DNA of 64,000 bases from Planctomycetota bacterium (GTDB taxonomy: Bacteria > Planctomycetota > MHYJ01 > WSZJ01). The position numbers were made by a program, and so were the translations under genes. Position 1 is the first letter of the stretch; the number at the start of each line of letters is the position of its first letter. The stretch is from positions 11,903 through 75,902 of the forward strand of contig WSZJ01000037.1 in the NCBI GenBank assembly GCA_009773755.1, read 5' to 3'. The notes below the pieces were generated by a model. The model was not told the origin of the DNA. It worked only from the letters and a program-made list of their open reading frames with translations, and ran no database searches. This document shows positions 19,401 through 28,227 of the stretch, one piece after another.

Positions 19401-20011
19401 GCGCTCACGACAGTCCGCCCCGGCTGAGTGTGCGTGTGGAGCCGGCTGGCCGTGTTCACCGTGTCGCCCATCGCGGTGTAGTCCTTCTCCCCGCGGTCGG
19501 ATACCGAACCGACGATCACCTCGCCCGTATGCACGCCGATCCGCAGCCGCAGCCGGTCGTCCCGCAGAGCATGGTGAAGCGCGAGGGAACATCGCACCGC
19601 GCGCTCGGGGTCGTCTTCGTGCGCGGTCGGCGCGCCGAACAACACCATGACCGCGTCGCCGATGTACTTGTCGACGTACCCGCCGTGCCTCTCGATCACC
19701 GGCGTCAGGCGCGCCCAGCACGCCCGGATCCGCTCCTCCACATCCTCGGGATCGAGCCGTTCCGCCAGCGAAGTGAAGCCGCTGACGTCCGCGAACAGCA
19801 CCGTCACCACCCGCCGCTCTTTCCCCTCGTCCTGGAATGCCGAGGTGCCAAGCCGCGATCCGCACTGGTTGCAGAAGCGGCAGCCGGGCGGATTCGGCGC
19901 GCGGCACCGCGGGCAGGCGGCGGTGGGTCCCGCCGCCGCGAGGGACAGTCCGCAACCGCCGCAAAATCGCGAGGTCGTCAGGTTGTCATGCCCGCAACTC
20001 TGGCACTTCAC
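16481..20011 (-). CDS. Class III adenylate/guanylate cyclase with double zinc ribbon, AAA16 ATPase and TPRs
   Basis: CxxC pairs, VLFADVSGFT, KYIGDAVM, GDTVNTASRL, FVGRSSEL, TPR C-terminus; GTG start inferred. Confidence 0.9.
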   Translation of the reverse strand: MKCQSCGHDNLTTSRFCGGCGLSLAAAGPTAACPRCRAPNPPGCRFCNQCGSRLGTSAFQDEGKERRVVTVLFADVSGFTSLAERLDPEDVEERIRACWARLTPVIERHGGYVDKYIGDAVMVLFGAPTAHEDDPERAVRCSLALHHALRDDRLRLRIGVHTGEVIVGSVSDRGEKDYTAMGDTVNTASRLHTHTQPGRTVVSAATQKLVEGKFAVRLLEPLLVKGKSGALSVFEVAGPAPRIESAAGIATPFVGRSSELARLDALLEKSRASNSMVSIGIAGSPGVGKARLVSEWRRRVEKCWPEAVFLSGDSVPYGGEPSRAVRAAVLGRYGEETEADELMRSLAEDLATGGDRNPDLSAGFIGRLFGIESGTRVRHLDPRDVRVAAFAALRNLLIGLSHRGPVVLLLNELQWADSGTTDFIENLLKSPLPAPVALVAVARSEAFRERPSLAEIERVELAALSPGETDELIRALLGGRDLPRELAELIHRRSEGNAFFIEEMLRSLVEEGALAEDTDVELDGEGLALKPSRTLRLARPIEEVRLPHTVQGVVTSRIDALPEDARKVLKAAAVAGRTFSRSILERVLERGVDEALAELLRRELIHERPASNAGDRDFAFAHALIPEVAYREILRRNRKALHRGIAEALEERLGPRRPLDLLASAANHFEQADVRDRAVSLFLEAAGRARQIYANQEALSCYARVLAMDERPEALRGRAEVLIHMGRQAEALADHRRLREKHALDGDVVNRRLAENGIAHTLAYMERFDGAESEARRIAAEAAKDGDGVAESAALNTLGVVMARQRRDGEAEDAWKRCEAAARAAGDRRTAAAALNNLGLLAMRRNAFEEARKLFEDSMTLEKEVGNRPGVIGSLTNLAEVQARLQAEDTAVATYQEAIRLAREIGLVYGLGICLNNLANIHARRCRYREALETYNQALSLRREMGDRSGVATTLGNAAIVRHLLGDLAGASTALDAAIALARATRQQRVLAAALDARGNLSRLSGDFEAAERDHRESSAVDPTRSTDCRFMLALDLLEAGKREEALAIAADMPPALALQIRASAGDPAAAAEILAIAPLPTQDGVLWTATAVAARAHQTEPTLRRFAAEVESLGLLGIAWRVRADLASISGSRSDAEAAEREAMRLAALLPAGKRELLESHPALVRCRALLRGRP

Positions 20012-20036
20012 GCTGGCCGTGCCTCCCCCCGCGGCG

Positions 20037-21401
20037 CTACTTGTAGGAGACCACCCGGTCCAGCCCCGTCCCCAGGCACCGGAGGCAGAGCGAAGAGCTG
20101 CCGACCAGGCCTTTCCCCGCACATTTGTTGCAGTTCACGTGTTCCACCGGCTTGATCATCATGGTTTTCTCGGCCGCGTACGCAGTGAGCCAGTTGATCC
20201 TTGCCGTCGTATTCTGTTTGGCCCACCACTCGTTGACGAGCTTCCGCTGGTCGCCTGCCTGCTTCTTGAGGCTGGCGATCAGCGCTTCCTTCTCGCGTTT
20301 CTTCGCAATGTCGTCCTGGCTCGTCCCCTTTTCGATCGCGAGGTCCGCCGGATCCATCAGCCAGGACCCCTCGCCGTAGGAAGCCGTCTTCCATTCGTCC
20401 AGCTCCCGCGCCTTCCAGTCCATTTCGAGCTGCTTACGATCGACCTTGAGCTTGGTCGCCAGGTTGTCCAGGATCTCGATCGCCAGTCCCTTCTCCGCGT
20501 ATCCCTTGATGTCGTCGAACGTCAGGTCTTTCTTCGCGATCACCTTGCCGATCAGCGATTTCATTTCGTCGTAGTACGACTTCGCCGTCTTCTTGTCCGC
20601 GTCCTTCTTCTGCTCACCCTTCAGCGCCGTTACGTCCCCCTCGCCCTTGTTGGCCAGGTCCGCAGCCTTCACCGCCGCCGCAGTCCCCGGATACTTCTCG
20701 ATGATTTCCTTGAACTTCGCGACCGCCTCCTCCAGCTTGTCGTCCGTCACGAGCTTCTCCGCCTCTTTCAGCATCACGGCCGCCTCGGCTTCCTTGATTC
20801 CGGAATCGGCTTTCGCCAGCTTCGGGTCCACGCGGCCTTTCCAGGTGGGGTCGAGCTCGAGGGCTTTCGTGAAGTGTTCCTTCGCCTTCACGAAGAGGCC
20901 GATCGCGAGGCAAAGCTCGGCGAGATCGAAATTGCCCGCGGGAGTCTCAAGCTTGTAAAGCGCCGCTTTCGCCGCGTACATCTCGTCCGGCGTGTACACG
21001 GAGAGCATGTTGATCTGGGTCTTCTCTCGCTTCATGATCCCTGACTTCGCGACGTCCTTCGTTCCCCTCGCCGTCCGCAGTTTCACCTTGTCCGGGGTCT
21101 CGTCCAGGACGATTCCCTCCAGCGTGTCGCTGCGCGTGTAGATGACTTCCCCGTCGATCTTGAAGCGAGACGCCTTCTCCGTCGCCTGGCGCGTCCGCAG
21201 CCTCTGAGCCTCCCCGGAAGCCAGCTGGTCCCACTTCAGCTCAAGTTCCAGCCCGTTTTCTGCAAACTTGATGCGCACGACGTCGTCGTCGGCCGACACG
21301 ACTTCTCCGGAGTGGTACGAGCCGTCGCGCATCCGGATCGTCTCCGCGGCGGCGGGCGAGAAGAGCGCCATGGCCAGGACGGCAACGAGCAGCTTCGTCA
21401 T
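20037..21401 (-). CDS. Secreted TPR protein with C-terminal CxxCxGxG zinc-finger repeats
   Basis: Signal peptide MTKLLVAVLAMALFSPAAA; TPR (FTKALELDP); CNKCAGKG and CLRCLGTG. Confidence 0.7.
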   Translation of the reverse strand: MTKLLVAVLAMALFSPAAAETIRMRDGSYHSGEVVSADDDVVRIKFAENGLELELKWDQLASGEAQRLRTRQATEKASRFKIDGEVIYTRSDTLEGIVLDETPDKVKLRTARGTKDVAKSGIMKREKTQINMLSVYTPDEMYAAKAALYKLETPAGNFDLAELCLAIGLFVKAKEHFTKALELDPTWKGRVDPKLAKADSGIKEAEAAVMLKEAEKLVTDDKLEEAVAKFKEIIEKYPGTAAAVKAADLANKGEGDVTALKGEQKKDADKKTAKSYYDEMKSLIGKVIAKKDLTFDDIKGYAEKGLAIEILDNLATKLKVDRKQLEMDWKARELDEWKTASYGEGSWLMDPADLAIEKGTSQDDIAKKREKEALIASLKKQAGDQRKLVNEWWAKQNTTARINWLTAYAAEKTMMIKPVEHVNCNKCAGKGLVGSSSLCLRCLGTGLDRVVSYK

Positions 21402-21466
21402 GAGCGGGCTCCTGTCTGGAACTGAAGAAAGGGCAGTCCTTCCCCCTTGATTGCAACCCCCGTAGT

Positions 21467-23209
21467 CTAAAAGAGTTCCGGGATGATTCGCCTGGTTTTC
21501 TCCGTGAGGTACTCGACGACCTGGTGCGCGTCGGGAAGCGCCAGCGCGTCCTGCGCTATCTGCCTGGCTTCGGGGATCGAGACCGACCGGAGCACCTTCT
21601 TGACTTCGGGAAGGGCGCTCGGGACGGCGCTGAAGCTGCGAAGGCCGAAGCCCAGGAGCAGGGCGGTGAAGAGCGGGTCGCCGGACATCTCGCCGCACAT
21701 GGAAACAGGGCGCTCGGCGCGGGCGCCAGCGTCGATGACGCTTCGGATCAGGCGCAATACCGCAGGGTGGGCGGGCTGGTACAGCGGCGCGATCTTCTCG
21801 TTCACGCGGTCCACGGCCATGACGTACTGGACGAGGTCGTTCGTGCCGATCGACAGGAACTCCGCTTCGGTACAGAGAATATCCGCCGCGATTGCGGCGC
21901 TGGGGACCTCGATCATGATCCCGACAGGCATTTCCGGGTCGAACGACACGCCCTCGGCGTCCAGTTCTTCACGAACGTCCGCGACAATCGCCTTGGCTTG
22001 CTTGATCTCGTCGAGCGTCGACACCATCGGGAACATGAGCCGGACTTTGCCGAACGCACTGGCCCGCAGGATCGCGCGAAGCTGAGTGCGGAAGAGGTCC
22101 ATGCGCTCGAAGAGCAGGCGGATGCCCCGGCATCCGAGGAACGGGTTGCGTTCCTGCGCCGTGATTCCGGAGACTTCCTTGTCCGCGCCGATGTCGAGCG
22201 CGCGGATCGTGACGGGGCGACCGTCCATGGACTTCAGGACCTGCCGGTACTTTTCGAACTGCTCTTTTTCGGTGGGAAGATTGCGCGGGTCGAAATACAG
22301 AAACTCGGTGCGGAACAGACCGATCCCGCCGGCGCCATAATCCCTCGCCGTCGCCGCTTCCTCGGGCCGCTCGATGTTCGCCAGAAGTGCGATCGCGATC
22401 CCGTCGCGCGTTTCGGACGGCTGCGAACGCATCTCGTCCGCGGTCCGCCGCTCGAAGCTGATGAAGTTCTTCTCGAGCGCGCGGTACTTCTTCAACGTCT
22501 CCCCGTCAGGCTCGACGATCACGATCCCCTTCGTTCCGTCCACGATCACCGTGTCGCCGCCGCTCACGTCCCGCGTCACGTCCGCGATGCCGACCACGGC
22601 CGGAATCCCGTGCGCACGGGCCAGAATCGCCGTATGGCTCGTCCGTCCGCCAAATTCGGTCACGAACCCGAGGATTTTCGTCCGGTCGAGCCCGATTGTT
22701 TGCGAGGGCGTCAGGTCCTTTGCGAACACGACGGACTTGCCGTTCGCGCCGCCCTTGAGCCCACCGCGCTCCCCGAACAGCGCGCGAAGCAACCGCTTCT
22801 CAACGTCGTTGAAATCGACCACGAAGCGTGCCGCGAGGCCGCTCGGGTCGTCCCTCGAAGTCAGCTGTTTGACGATCGTCCGGACTCGTTTCGAGACGGC
22901 GTGCTCCGGCGTGAAACGGTACTTCCGGATCGAATCGACCACGGAGGGCACGAGGTCATTCACGATCGCCGCGTGCCCTTCAAAAATCTTGTGAAGGTCG
23001 TCCTCCGGCATCGCCGCTTTCAGCCGCCTGACGTCTTCCGTGATTTCGCCGACCACCGCGTCGACCGCGGTCTGGAAGCGGGCTACTTCCTGCTCGATCT
23101 GCTCCGGCTCGACGGCACGCCGGGGCATGCGGTACTCCTCGAGATCGAGGAGGAAAGCCTCCCCGATCACGATTCCGGGGCTGACGGGGGTTCCTTTCAG
23201 GATCTGCAT
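21467..23209 (-). CDS. ptsI: PEP-protein phosphotransferase (PTS enzyme I)
   Basis: GGRTSHTAILAR phospho-His motif, GIGLFRTEF, ERNPFLGCRG, SIGTNDL, MCGEM. Confidence 0.96.
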   Translation of the reverse strand: MQILKGTPVSPGIVIGEAFLLDLEEYRMPRRAVEPEQIEQEVARFQTAVDAVVGEITEDVRRLKAAMPEDDLHKIFEGHAAIVNDLVPSVVDSIRKYRFTPEHAVSKRVRTIVKQLTSRDDPSGLAARFVVDFNDVEKRLLRALFGERGGLKGGANGKSVVFAKDLTPSQTIGLDRTKILGFVTEFGGRTSHTAILARAHGIPAVVGIADVTRDVSGGDTVIVDGTKGIVIVEPDGETLKKYRALEKNFISFERRTADEMRSQPSETRDGIAIALLANIERPEEAATARDYGAGGIGLFRTEFLYFDPRNLPTEKEQFEKYRQVLKSMDGRPVTIRALDIGADKEVSGITAQERNPFLGCRGIRLLFERMDLFRTQLRAILRASAFGKVRLMFPMVSTLDEIKQAKAIVADVREELDAEGVSFDPEMPVGIMIEVPSAAIAADILCTEAEFLSIGTNDLVQYVMAVDRVNEKIAPLYQPAHPAVLRLIRSVIDAGARAERPVSMCGEMSGDPLFTALLLGFGLRSFSAVPSALPEVKKVLRSVSIPEARQIAQDALALPDAHQVVEYLTEKTRRIIPELF

Positions 23210-23274
23210 TGCCCTGTCCCGCTTCGGTCGTCGCTCACGCCAGTTTCATCGCCCGGCTGCCCGCGCGGTTCGCT

Positions 23275-23541
23275 TCAATCGAGGCCGAACCGTGCGTTCA
23301 CCAGCTTCTCAATCGCATCGACCGCCTCCGCTGCGTCGGGGCCCTCGGCACGGATCTTCAGCTGCGTCCCCTGCGCGGCGGCCAACGTCAGCAGCTCGAT
23401 GATGCTTCGTGCCGCCACGTCCTGCCCGTCCTTGTGAATCGTCACCTGGCTTTTGAATTTCCCGGCAAGGTCGGCCAGTTTCGTCGCCGGCCGAACGTGC
23501 AGGCCGTGCGCGTTCTGGATCGTCACCGTTTTTTCGACCAC
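23275..23541 (-). CDS. ptsH: Phosphocarrier protein HPr
   Basis: GLHVRPA (His15), ARSIIELL (Ser46); GTG start. Confidence 0.92.
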   Translation of the reverse strand: MVEKTVTIQNAHGLHVRPATKLADLAGKFKSQVTIHKDGQDVAARSIIELLTLAAAQGTQLKIRAEGPDAAEAVDAIEKLVNARFGLD

Positions 23542-23546
23542 CGCGT

Positions 23547-24020
23547 TCAGGCCCCCACCGTCTCGTCCATCTCGCGAAGCAGATCCCAGATCTCCTTCGC
23601 TCCCTTCGCGGCCCTGAGGAACTTCAGCATGTTCGGCAGTCGGATCCCCGCCGAAAGTCGCTTCAACGCCGCAAGGTGCGCGTTCGCCTCCGACGGCGGC
23701 GAGAGGATCATGAACATCACGTGGACTCTCTCGCCGTCCACGGCGCCGTATTCCACCCCTGCTTTGGATCGCCCGAACGCGCCGTAGAGTCCCGACAATC
23801 CTTCGACTTTGGCGTGGGGAAGCGCAACTCCGCCTCCCATGCCGGTGGTGCCCATTTTTTCGCGCTTGAGCAGCGCCTCGAGCACGTCCGCGGCCTTGAA
23901 GGCCGTCGGTTTGCGCGCGGCGCGGAGAGCTTCCGCGACTTCGCGCAGCGCGCCCTTCTTGTCCGTGGACTGGATGTCCTCGACGACGGACTCCCTGGTC
24001 ACCAGCTCCGTCAGCTTCAT
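23547..24020 (-). CDS. ptsN: PTS EIIA (Ntr/Fru-type) protein
   Basis: REKMGTTGMGGGVALPHA motif. Confidence 0.85.
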   Translation of the reverse strand: MKLTELVTRESVVEDIQSTDKKGALREVAEALRAARKPTAFKAADVLEALLKREKMGTTGMGGGVALPHAKVEGLSGLYGAFGRSKAGVEYGAVDGERVHVMFMILSPPSEANAHLAALKRLSAGIRLPNMLKFLRAAKGAKEIWDLLREMDETVGA

Positions 24021-24083
24021 GGTTCCGTGTGCCTCTCACCGAAGTCGGCGGAATCGCGGCCGCCGTTCCGTCCTCCTACCTGT

Positions 24084-24410
24084 TCAACTCAGCTCCGCCG
24101 ACTTGGGCGCCTTCTTGACGTGGTGCCCGCGCACTTTTTCCTTCAGCTTGGTCAACTGCCGTTCCATCTTGTCCGTCACCAGGTCCATCGCCGCGAAGAC
24201 GTCCTTGTGTTTCTCCTGCGCGACGAGTTGTATTCCGCGTGCGCCGCCGCAGATCATTTCAGCCGTGTAGGAATTCGCGTCGCGGTTGAGGATGACCTGC
24301 ATCGAGTTGATCCGGTTGAAATAGTGCTCCAGTTTCGCCGCCCGCTCTTCCGCGTAGTCTTTCATTTCCTCCGTGATGTCCATGTGCTTCACGGCAATCT
24401 GGACACGCAT
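24084..24410 (-). CDS. hpf: Ribosome hibernation promoting factor (RaiA/HPF, short form)
   Basis: MRVQIAVKHMDITEEMKDYA...DVFAAMDLVTDKMERQL. Confidence 0.9.
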   Translation of the reverse strand: MRVQIAVKHMDITEEMKDYAEERAAKLEHYFNRINSMQVILNRDANSYTAEMICGGARGIQLVAQEKHKDVFAAMDLVTDKMERQLTKLKEKVRGHHVKKAPKSAELS

Positions 24411-24442
24411 GCAGGTCCCCCTCTCGAGTGTGGCGCGGGCCC

Positions 24443-25225
24443 TCAACGTCCGAGCCCGAGCCTGTCCCCCATCCGCGGATCGATCGCCGAAATCCCGCGG
24501 ATTTTGTCCGCGGTCTTTTTCCAGTCGTATTCGACCCGATGATACTTGAGCTGGTCCCCTTCGATCGTCACGTAGCAGGAGCGCGGGTCGCCGTCGCGAG
24601 GTTGCCCGATGCTGCCGACGTTGATGAGCGCCTTCTTGCCCTGCTCGAATTTGTACTCCATGTTCAACTCCGCGGGCGTGTGGAATTTGCCGTCATCCGT
24701 GATCACGCCGGGGTCGTGAGTATGGCCATTGAAGCAGATCCACGACTGCTCCATCTTCTCGAAACACTCGCGGATTTTGTCAGGGATTCCGCCCATCAGG
24801 TCCTCGCAGTCGGAGCGCAGTACGTACTCCATCGTAGGGTCGCGGGGGGATCCGTGGACGTACATGAACTCGCCTTCCTTCTTCAGGCGCGGAAGCCCCC
24901 GCAGCCAGTCCCAGCGGTCCTTCCTCTGCCGGTTTGAAAGCCAGCCGGGCTTCAACTCCTTGCGATGCCAGTCGATGACGCCGCGCGCCAGCGGGTTGAA
25001 TCCTATTCCGCCGACGACCTCGTCGACCACCGCTTCATCATGATTCCCCAGCAGGCACCACTCGACGCTCGAACGTGCGATGTCCGTGCACTCGACGGGA
25101 TTGGGCCCGTATCCGACGACATCTCCAAGGCACTGGATCTGAGTGATCCCCTGGTCTTTGATGTGCTTCAGGATCCCCTCGAGAGCCTCAAGGTTTGCAT
25201 GAATGTCGGAAATGATGGCTCTCAA
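24443..25225 (-). CDS. Metallophosphoesterase
   Basis: SDIHAN, LGDVVGYG, GNHD, VHGSP, GHTH, NVGSIGQPRD; TTG start inferred. Confidence 0.9.
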   Translation of the reverse strand: MRAIISDIHANLEALEGILKHIKDQGITQIQCLGDVVGYGPNPVECTDIARSSVEWCLLGNHDEAVVDEVVGGIGFNPLARGVIDWHRKELKPGWLSNRQRKDRWDWLRGLPRLKKEGEFMYVHGSPRDPTMEYVLRSDCEDLMGGIPDKIRECFEKMEQSWICFNGHTHDPGVITDDGKFHTPAELNMEYKFEQGKKALINVGSIGQPRDGDPRSCYVTIEGDQLKYHRVEYDWKKTADKIRGISAIDPRMGDRLGLGR

Positions 25226-25269
25226 GGTCAGACGCTCCGGGCCCCGGGGGTGGCCTCGAATTGTAGCAG

Positions 25270-25394
25270 CCGCGCGGAGGGTGACAACCATGAGGCGGGT
25301 CGGGCGCAGTCGGCCGGGCGGCGGGAATTCGAGAAGTGCTCCGCAGGCGGGCCGACTCCGCCGACCCGCCTCATGGTTGTCACCCTCCGCGCGG
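25270..25394. repeat. Long palindromic element (34-bp perfect inverted repeat)
   Basis: CCGCGCGGAGGGTGACAACCATGAGGCGGGTCGG at 25270-25303 and its exact reverse complement at 25361-25394. Confidence 0.9.
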
Positions 25395-25404
25395 GCCTGA
25401 TCAA

Positions 25405-26568
25405 CTACAGCGTTCCGGCCTCGCGTTTGCCGTAAAGGTTCACGAGCGACTCAACCATGGCGTCTGCTGAGAAGCGCTCCCGACAGAGGTCTCTGCCCCG
25501 CACGCCCCACTTTTGCGCCGCAGGCAGGTCTGAAGCAACCCGATTCAGTGCATCGGCCAGGCCGCCGACATCCTCGGGACTCAGCAGAAGTCCCGTAACT
25601 CCATGCTCGATCACCTCGCGCGCGCCGTCGATGTCGAACGAAATCACGGGGAGACCTGCCAGGAGAGCCTGCGGCAGCACGCGCGCGAGCCCTTCGCGCA
25701 ATGAGGCGTGCACCAGGAAATCGGAAGCGTGCAGGTAGTCCGGAACGTCCTGCGGCGGCACCAGGCCCGCGTAGTGAATTCTTCCTTTCAGGCCCAGGTC
25801 TTCGGCTTTGCGCGTCAGTCGTTCGCGCCAGAGGCCATCGCCGACGAACAGGAAGTGGATCCGCGGGTCGGCCCTGGCTGCAGCCTCCAGGACGAAGTCG
25901 TGGCCTTTCAGCTCGAAGAGGCGCGCGACCTTGCAGCCGAGGAGCGCGTCCTGCGGGATTCCGAGCGCCGCGCGGACGTCCGCTCGCCCGCGGTTCGGTT
26001 TCAGGAATGGCTCGACCTCCATCCCGCTCCACACGCGCACGAATTGTTCTTCGCGCCCCACGCGGGCCGCGAGCGCTTTCTGTTTCATGGCATCCGCCAC
26101 GACGACGATCTTCCCGGTCAGCGCGGCGGCCGCGCGTTCCGACCAGATGAACGCAAGATTCGCCGCGGGGGCCGCATAGGGATGAAACGGCAGCCCGTGA
26201 ATGGTGTGGATCACTCGCGGCACGCCCGCGGCTGCCGCGGCGAAGCGGCCGAGGATGCCGGCCTTGGACGAGTGCGTGTGAACGATATCGGGGCGTTCGC
26301 GCCGGAAGAGCGAAGCGAGCGCGTGGAACGCGCGCATGTCGGAAACCGGCCTGACCGCCCGCCGCAGCGTCGGGATCTCCACGACCGGAAATCCTCCGCG
26401 CCTCGCCCGCGTCAGCAACTCCCCTTCCGGCCCCTCCGCGGGTCCTGTAACCAGCCAGGCGTCCCAACCGCGCCGGTGCAACCCCTCGACCGTCAGCAGG
26501 GTGTTCTCCTGCGCGCCGCCGAGGATCATCCGCGTGATGACATGAAATACGCGGACCGGCCGGCTCAC
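25405..26568 (-). CDS. Glycosyltransferase family 4
   Basis: GGAQEN, VHTHSSKAGILGR, HTIHG, REGLARVLPQA. Confidence 0.92.
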   Translation of the reverse strand: MSRPVRVFHVITRMILGGAQENTLLTVEGLHRRGWDAWLVTGPAEGPEGELLTRARRGGFPVVEIPTLRRAVRPVSDMRAFHALASLFRRERPDIVHTHSSKAGILGRFAAAAAGVPRVIHTIHGLPFHPYAAPAANLAFIWSERAAAALTGKIVVVADAMKQKALAARVGREEQFVRVWSGMEVEPFLKPNRGRADVRAALGIPQDALLGCKVARLFELKGHDFVLEAAARADPRIHFLFVGDGLWRERLTRKAEDLGLKGRIHYAGLVPPQDVPDYLHASDFLVHASLREGLARVLPQALLAGLPVISFDIDGAREVIEHGVTGLLLSPEDVGGLADALNRVASDLPAAQKWGVRGRDLCRERFSADAMVESLVNLYGKREAGTL

Positions 26569-27072
26569 CTCTGCCCCTCAGGCGCGAGAGCGGAAGCGAG
26601 CGCTCGAGGGGCCTCGGTGGCGTCGCCGTAGAACGGCTCGATGCGGCGCTGAGCCTCGTCGAGCATCCAGCGAACGCGGGACTTTGCCTCAACGGGGAGG
26701 GCGGCTTCCGCACCGCGCAGCAAGAGGGGTGCCAGGACTGAGGAGTGCATGTCATCGGAGAATTCGCGCGTCGGGTACATCGACAATCCTGCGAGCGCGA
26801 CGAGAACGGCCGCCGTCGCCTTCGCGGCGCCGAGCCGCGTAGGCCGCGAGGTAAAGAAACAGGAAAACGAGGAAGTATGCGAAGACTGAAGCGACGGCGG
26901 GACTGAACCGGTTTTCGAGGACTCCCGAGGCCCAGGATCCCCAGCGGAGTGCGCCCAGGGCGCCGAGCACGGCCATAGAGACGCGGGCAATCTGCCAGAA
27001 CGCGCCCGTCAGGGCACCAAAGGTGGCCCCGAGGACGAGCACTGAGACAATGGAGGCGTCCAGCCAGGTCAT
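26565..27072 (-). pseudogene. cvpA: CvpA-family membrane protein, frameshifted near 26835
   Basis: N-terminus MTWLD...GALTGAFWQI in one frame and C-terminus LGAAKA...HSSVLAPLL in another; DRxLG segment missing. Confidence 0.6.
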
Positions 27073-27092
27073 GGCGCTCCTTCCGGTCGAGC

Positions 27093-27201
27093 GGCGGGCA
27101 AGCGGGCAGGCGGGCAGGCGGGCAGGCCTTCATGTGCGTGCGGCAGTCGCCCGCCTCGGCAGGATGAGCCTGCCCGCTCGCCCGCTCGCCCGCTTGCCCG
27201 C
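27093..27201. repeat. Inverted pair of 8-mer tandem arrays (GCGGGCAG)n / (CTCGCCCG)n
   Basis: About four units each side, intergenic. Confidence 0.75.
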
Positions 27202-27253
27202 CCCGACGTTATTCGCATCCGCCGCTCCACGATCCCCACCTTTCTTCCTGCCG

Positions 27254-28003
27254 TCAGTATTTCACTTCCACCAACGTCAGTCCCTTCGCCGGCGCGACAG
27301 GACCCGCCGTCTTTCTGTCCTTGGACTTCAGGATCTCGTCGATCTTCGAGGACGGCCAGGCGCCGCCGCCGATTTTCAGCATCGTTCCCGCGAACGTCCG
27401 CACCATGTTGTAGAGGAAACCGTCGCCTTCGACGTCGAGGAGCATCGACGGGCCTTCCTTCGTCCAGGAAACCCGTTTCATCGTGCGAACCGAGTTCTTG
27501 TCTGCATCGATCTGCGTCGCAAATGCCCGGAAGTCGTGCTCCCCCTCCAGCCGCTTCCCTGAATCCTGCATCGCTCTCAGGTCCAGGCCGTTTCTCACGA
27601 GATGCGCGAACGCCCGGTCAAGCGCGGAACGATAACGGTCGTTGCGGACTCGATACTGGTACCACTTCCCCTTCGCCATGAACTGCGCATGGAAGTCCTC
27701 CGCTGCGTCCACCGCCTCCGTCACCGCCACGTCCTCCGGCAGGTGCGCGTTCAGCGCGTGCGCGATCTTCCACGCCGTCATCCCGCTCGCCGTCCGGAAA
27801 TTCGCGACCTGCCCCCGCGCATGCACACCGGCGTCCGTCCTGGAAGCGCCGTACACCGTGACGCGTTCGCGCAGAGCCTTCTCGATCGCCATCATGACCA
27901 CGGCCTGCACCGTCGGCTGGTCGTCCTGAAGCTGCCACCCGGCGTAGTTCGTCCCTTCGTACTCGATCGTCAACCGGATGTTCCGCTTCGACTCCCCCAT
28001 CAT
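27254..28003 (-). CDS. truA: tRNA pseudouridine(38-40) synthase
   Basis: EYEGTNYAGWQ, SRTDAGVHARGQV, GFLYNMVR, APAKGLTL. Confidence 0.97.
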   Translation of the reverse strand: MMGESKRNIRLTIEYEGTNYAGWQLQDDQPTVQAVVMMAIEKALRERVTVYGASRTDAGVHARGQVANFRTASGMTAWKIAHALNAHLPEDVAVTEAVDAAEDFHAQFMAKGKWYQYRVRNDRYRSALDRAFAHLVRNGLDLRAMQDSGKRLEGEHDFRAFATQIDADKNSVRTMKRVSWTKEGPSMLLDVEGDGFLYNMVRTFAGTMLKIGGGAWPSSKIDEILKSKDRKTAGPVAPAKGLTLVEVKY

Positions 28004-28227
28004 TCGCCCGGCCCCTTCTGGAAGAATTTCGCGACGTCGAGTCCGAAGTACCGAAGGCCGCTGATCAGGATCACGGTTGCGACGACTTCATCGATGTTCC
28101 CGTAGAACGGCGCGCGGTCCGGCAGCAGTTCGAGTTCTCCCGCAGTCGGGTTCATGAGGTACACAGCCAGCGCGATGCAGACCGACCACACGAGGAACGA
28201 CCGCGACAGCTTTCCGACGTCGGTCAC
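28000..28227 (-). CDS. Small membrane protein, DUF1232/YkvA-like
   Basis: YLMNP...LLPDRAPFYGNIDE motif; overlaps both neighbours. Confidence 0.7.
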   Translation of the reverse strand: MTDVGKLSRSFLVWSVCIALAVYLMNPTAGELELLPDRAPFYGNIDEVVATVILISGLRYFGLDVAKFFQKGPGE

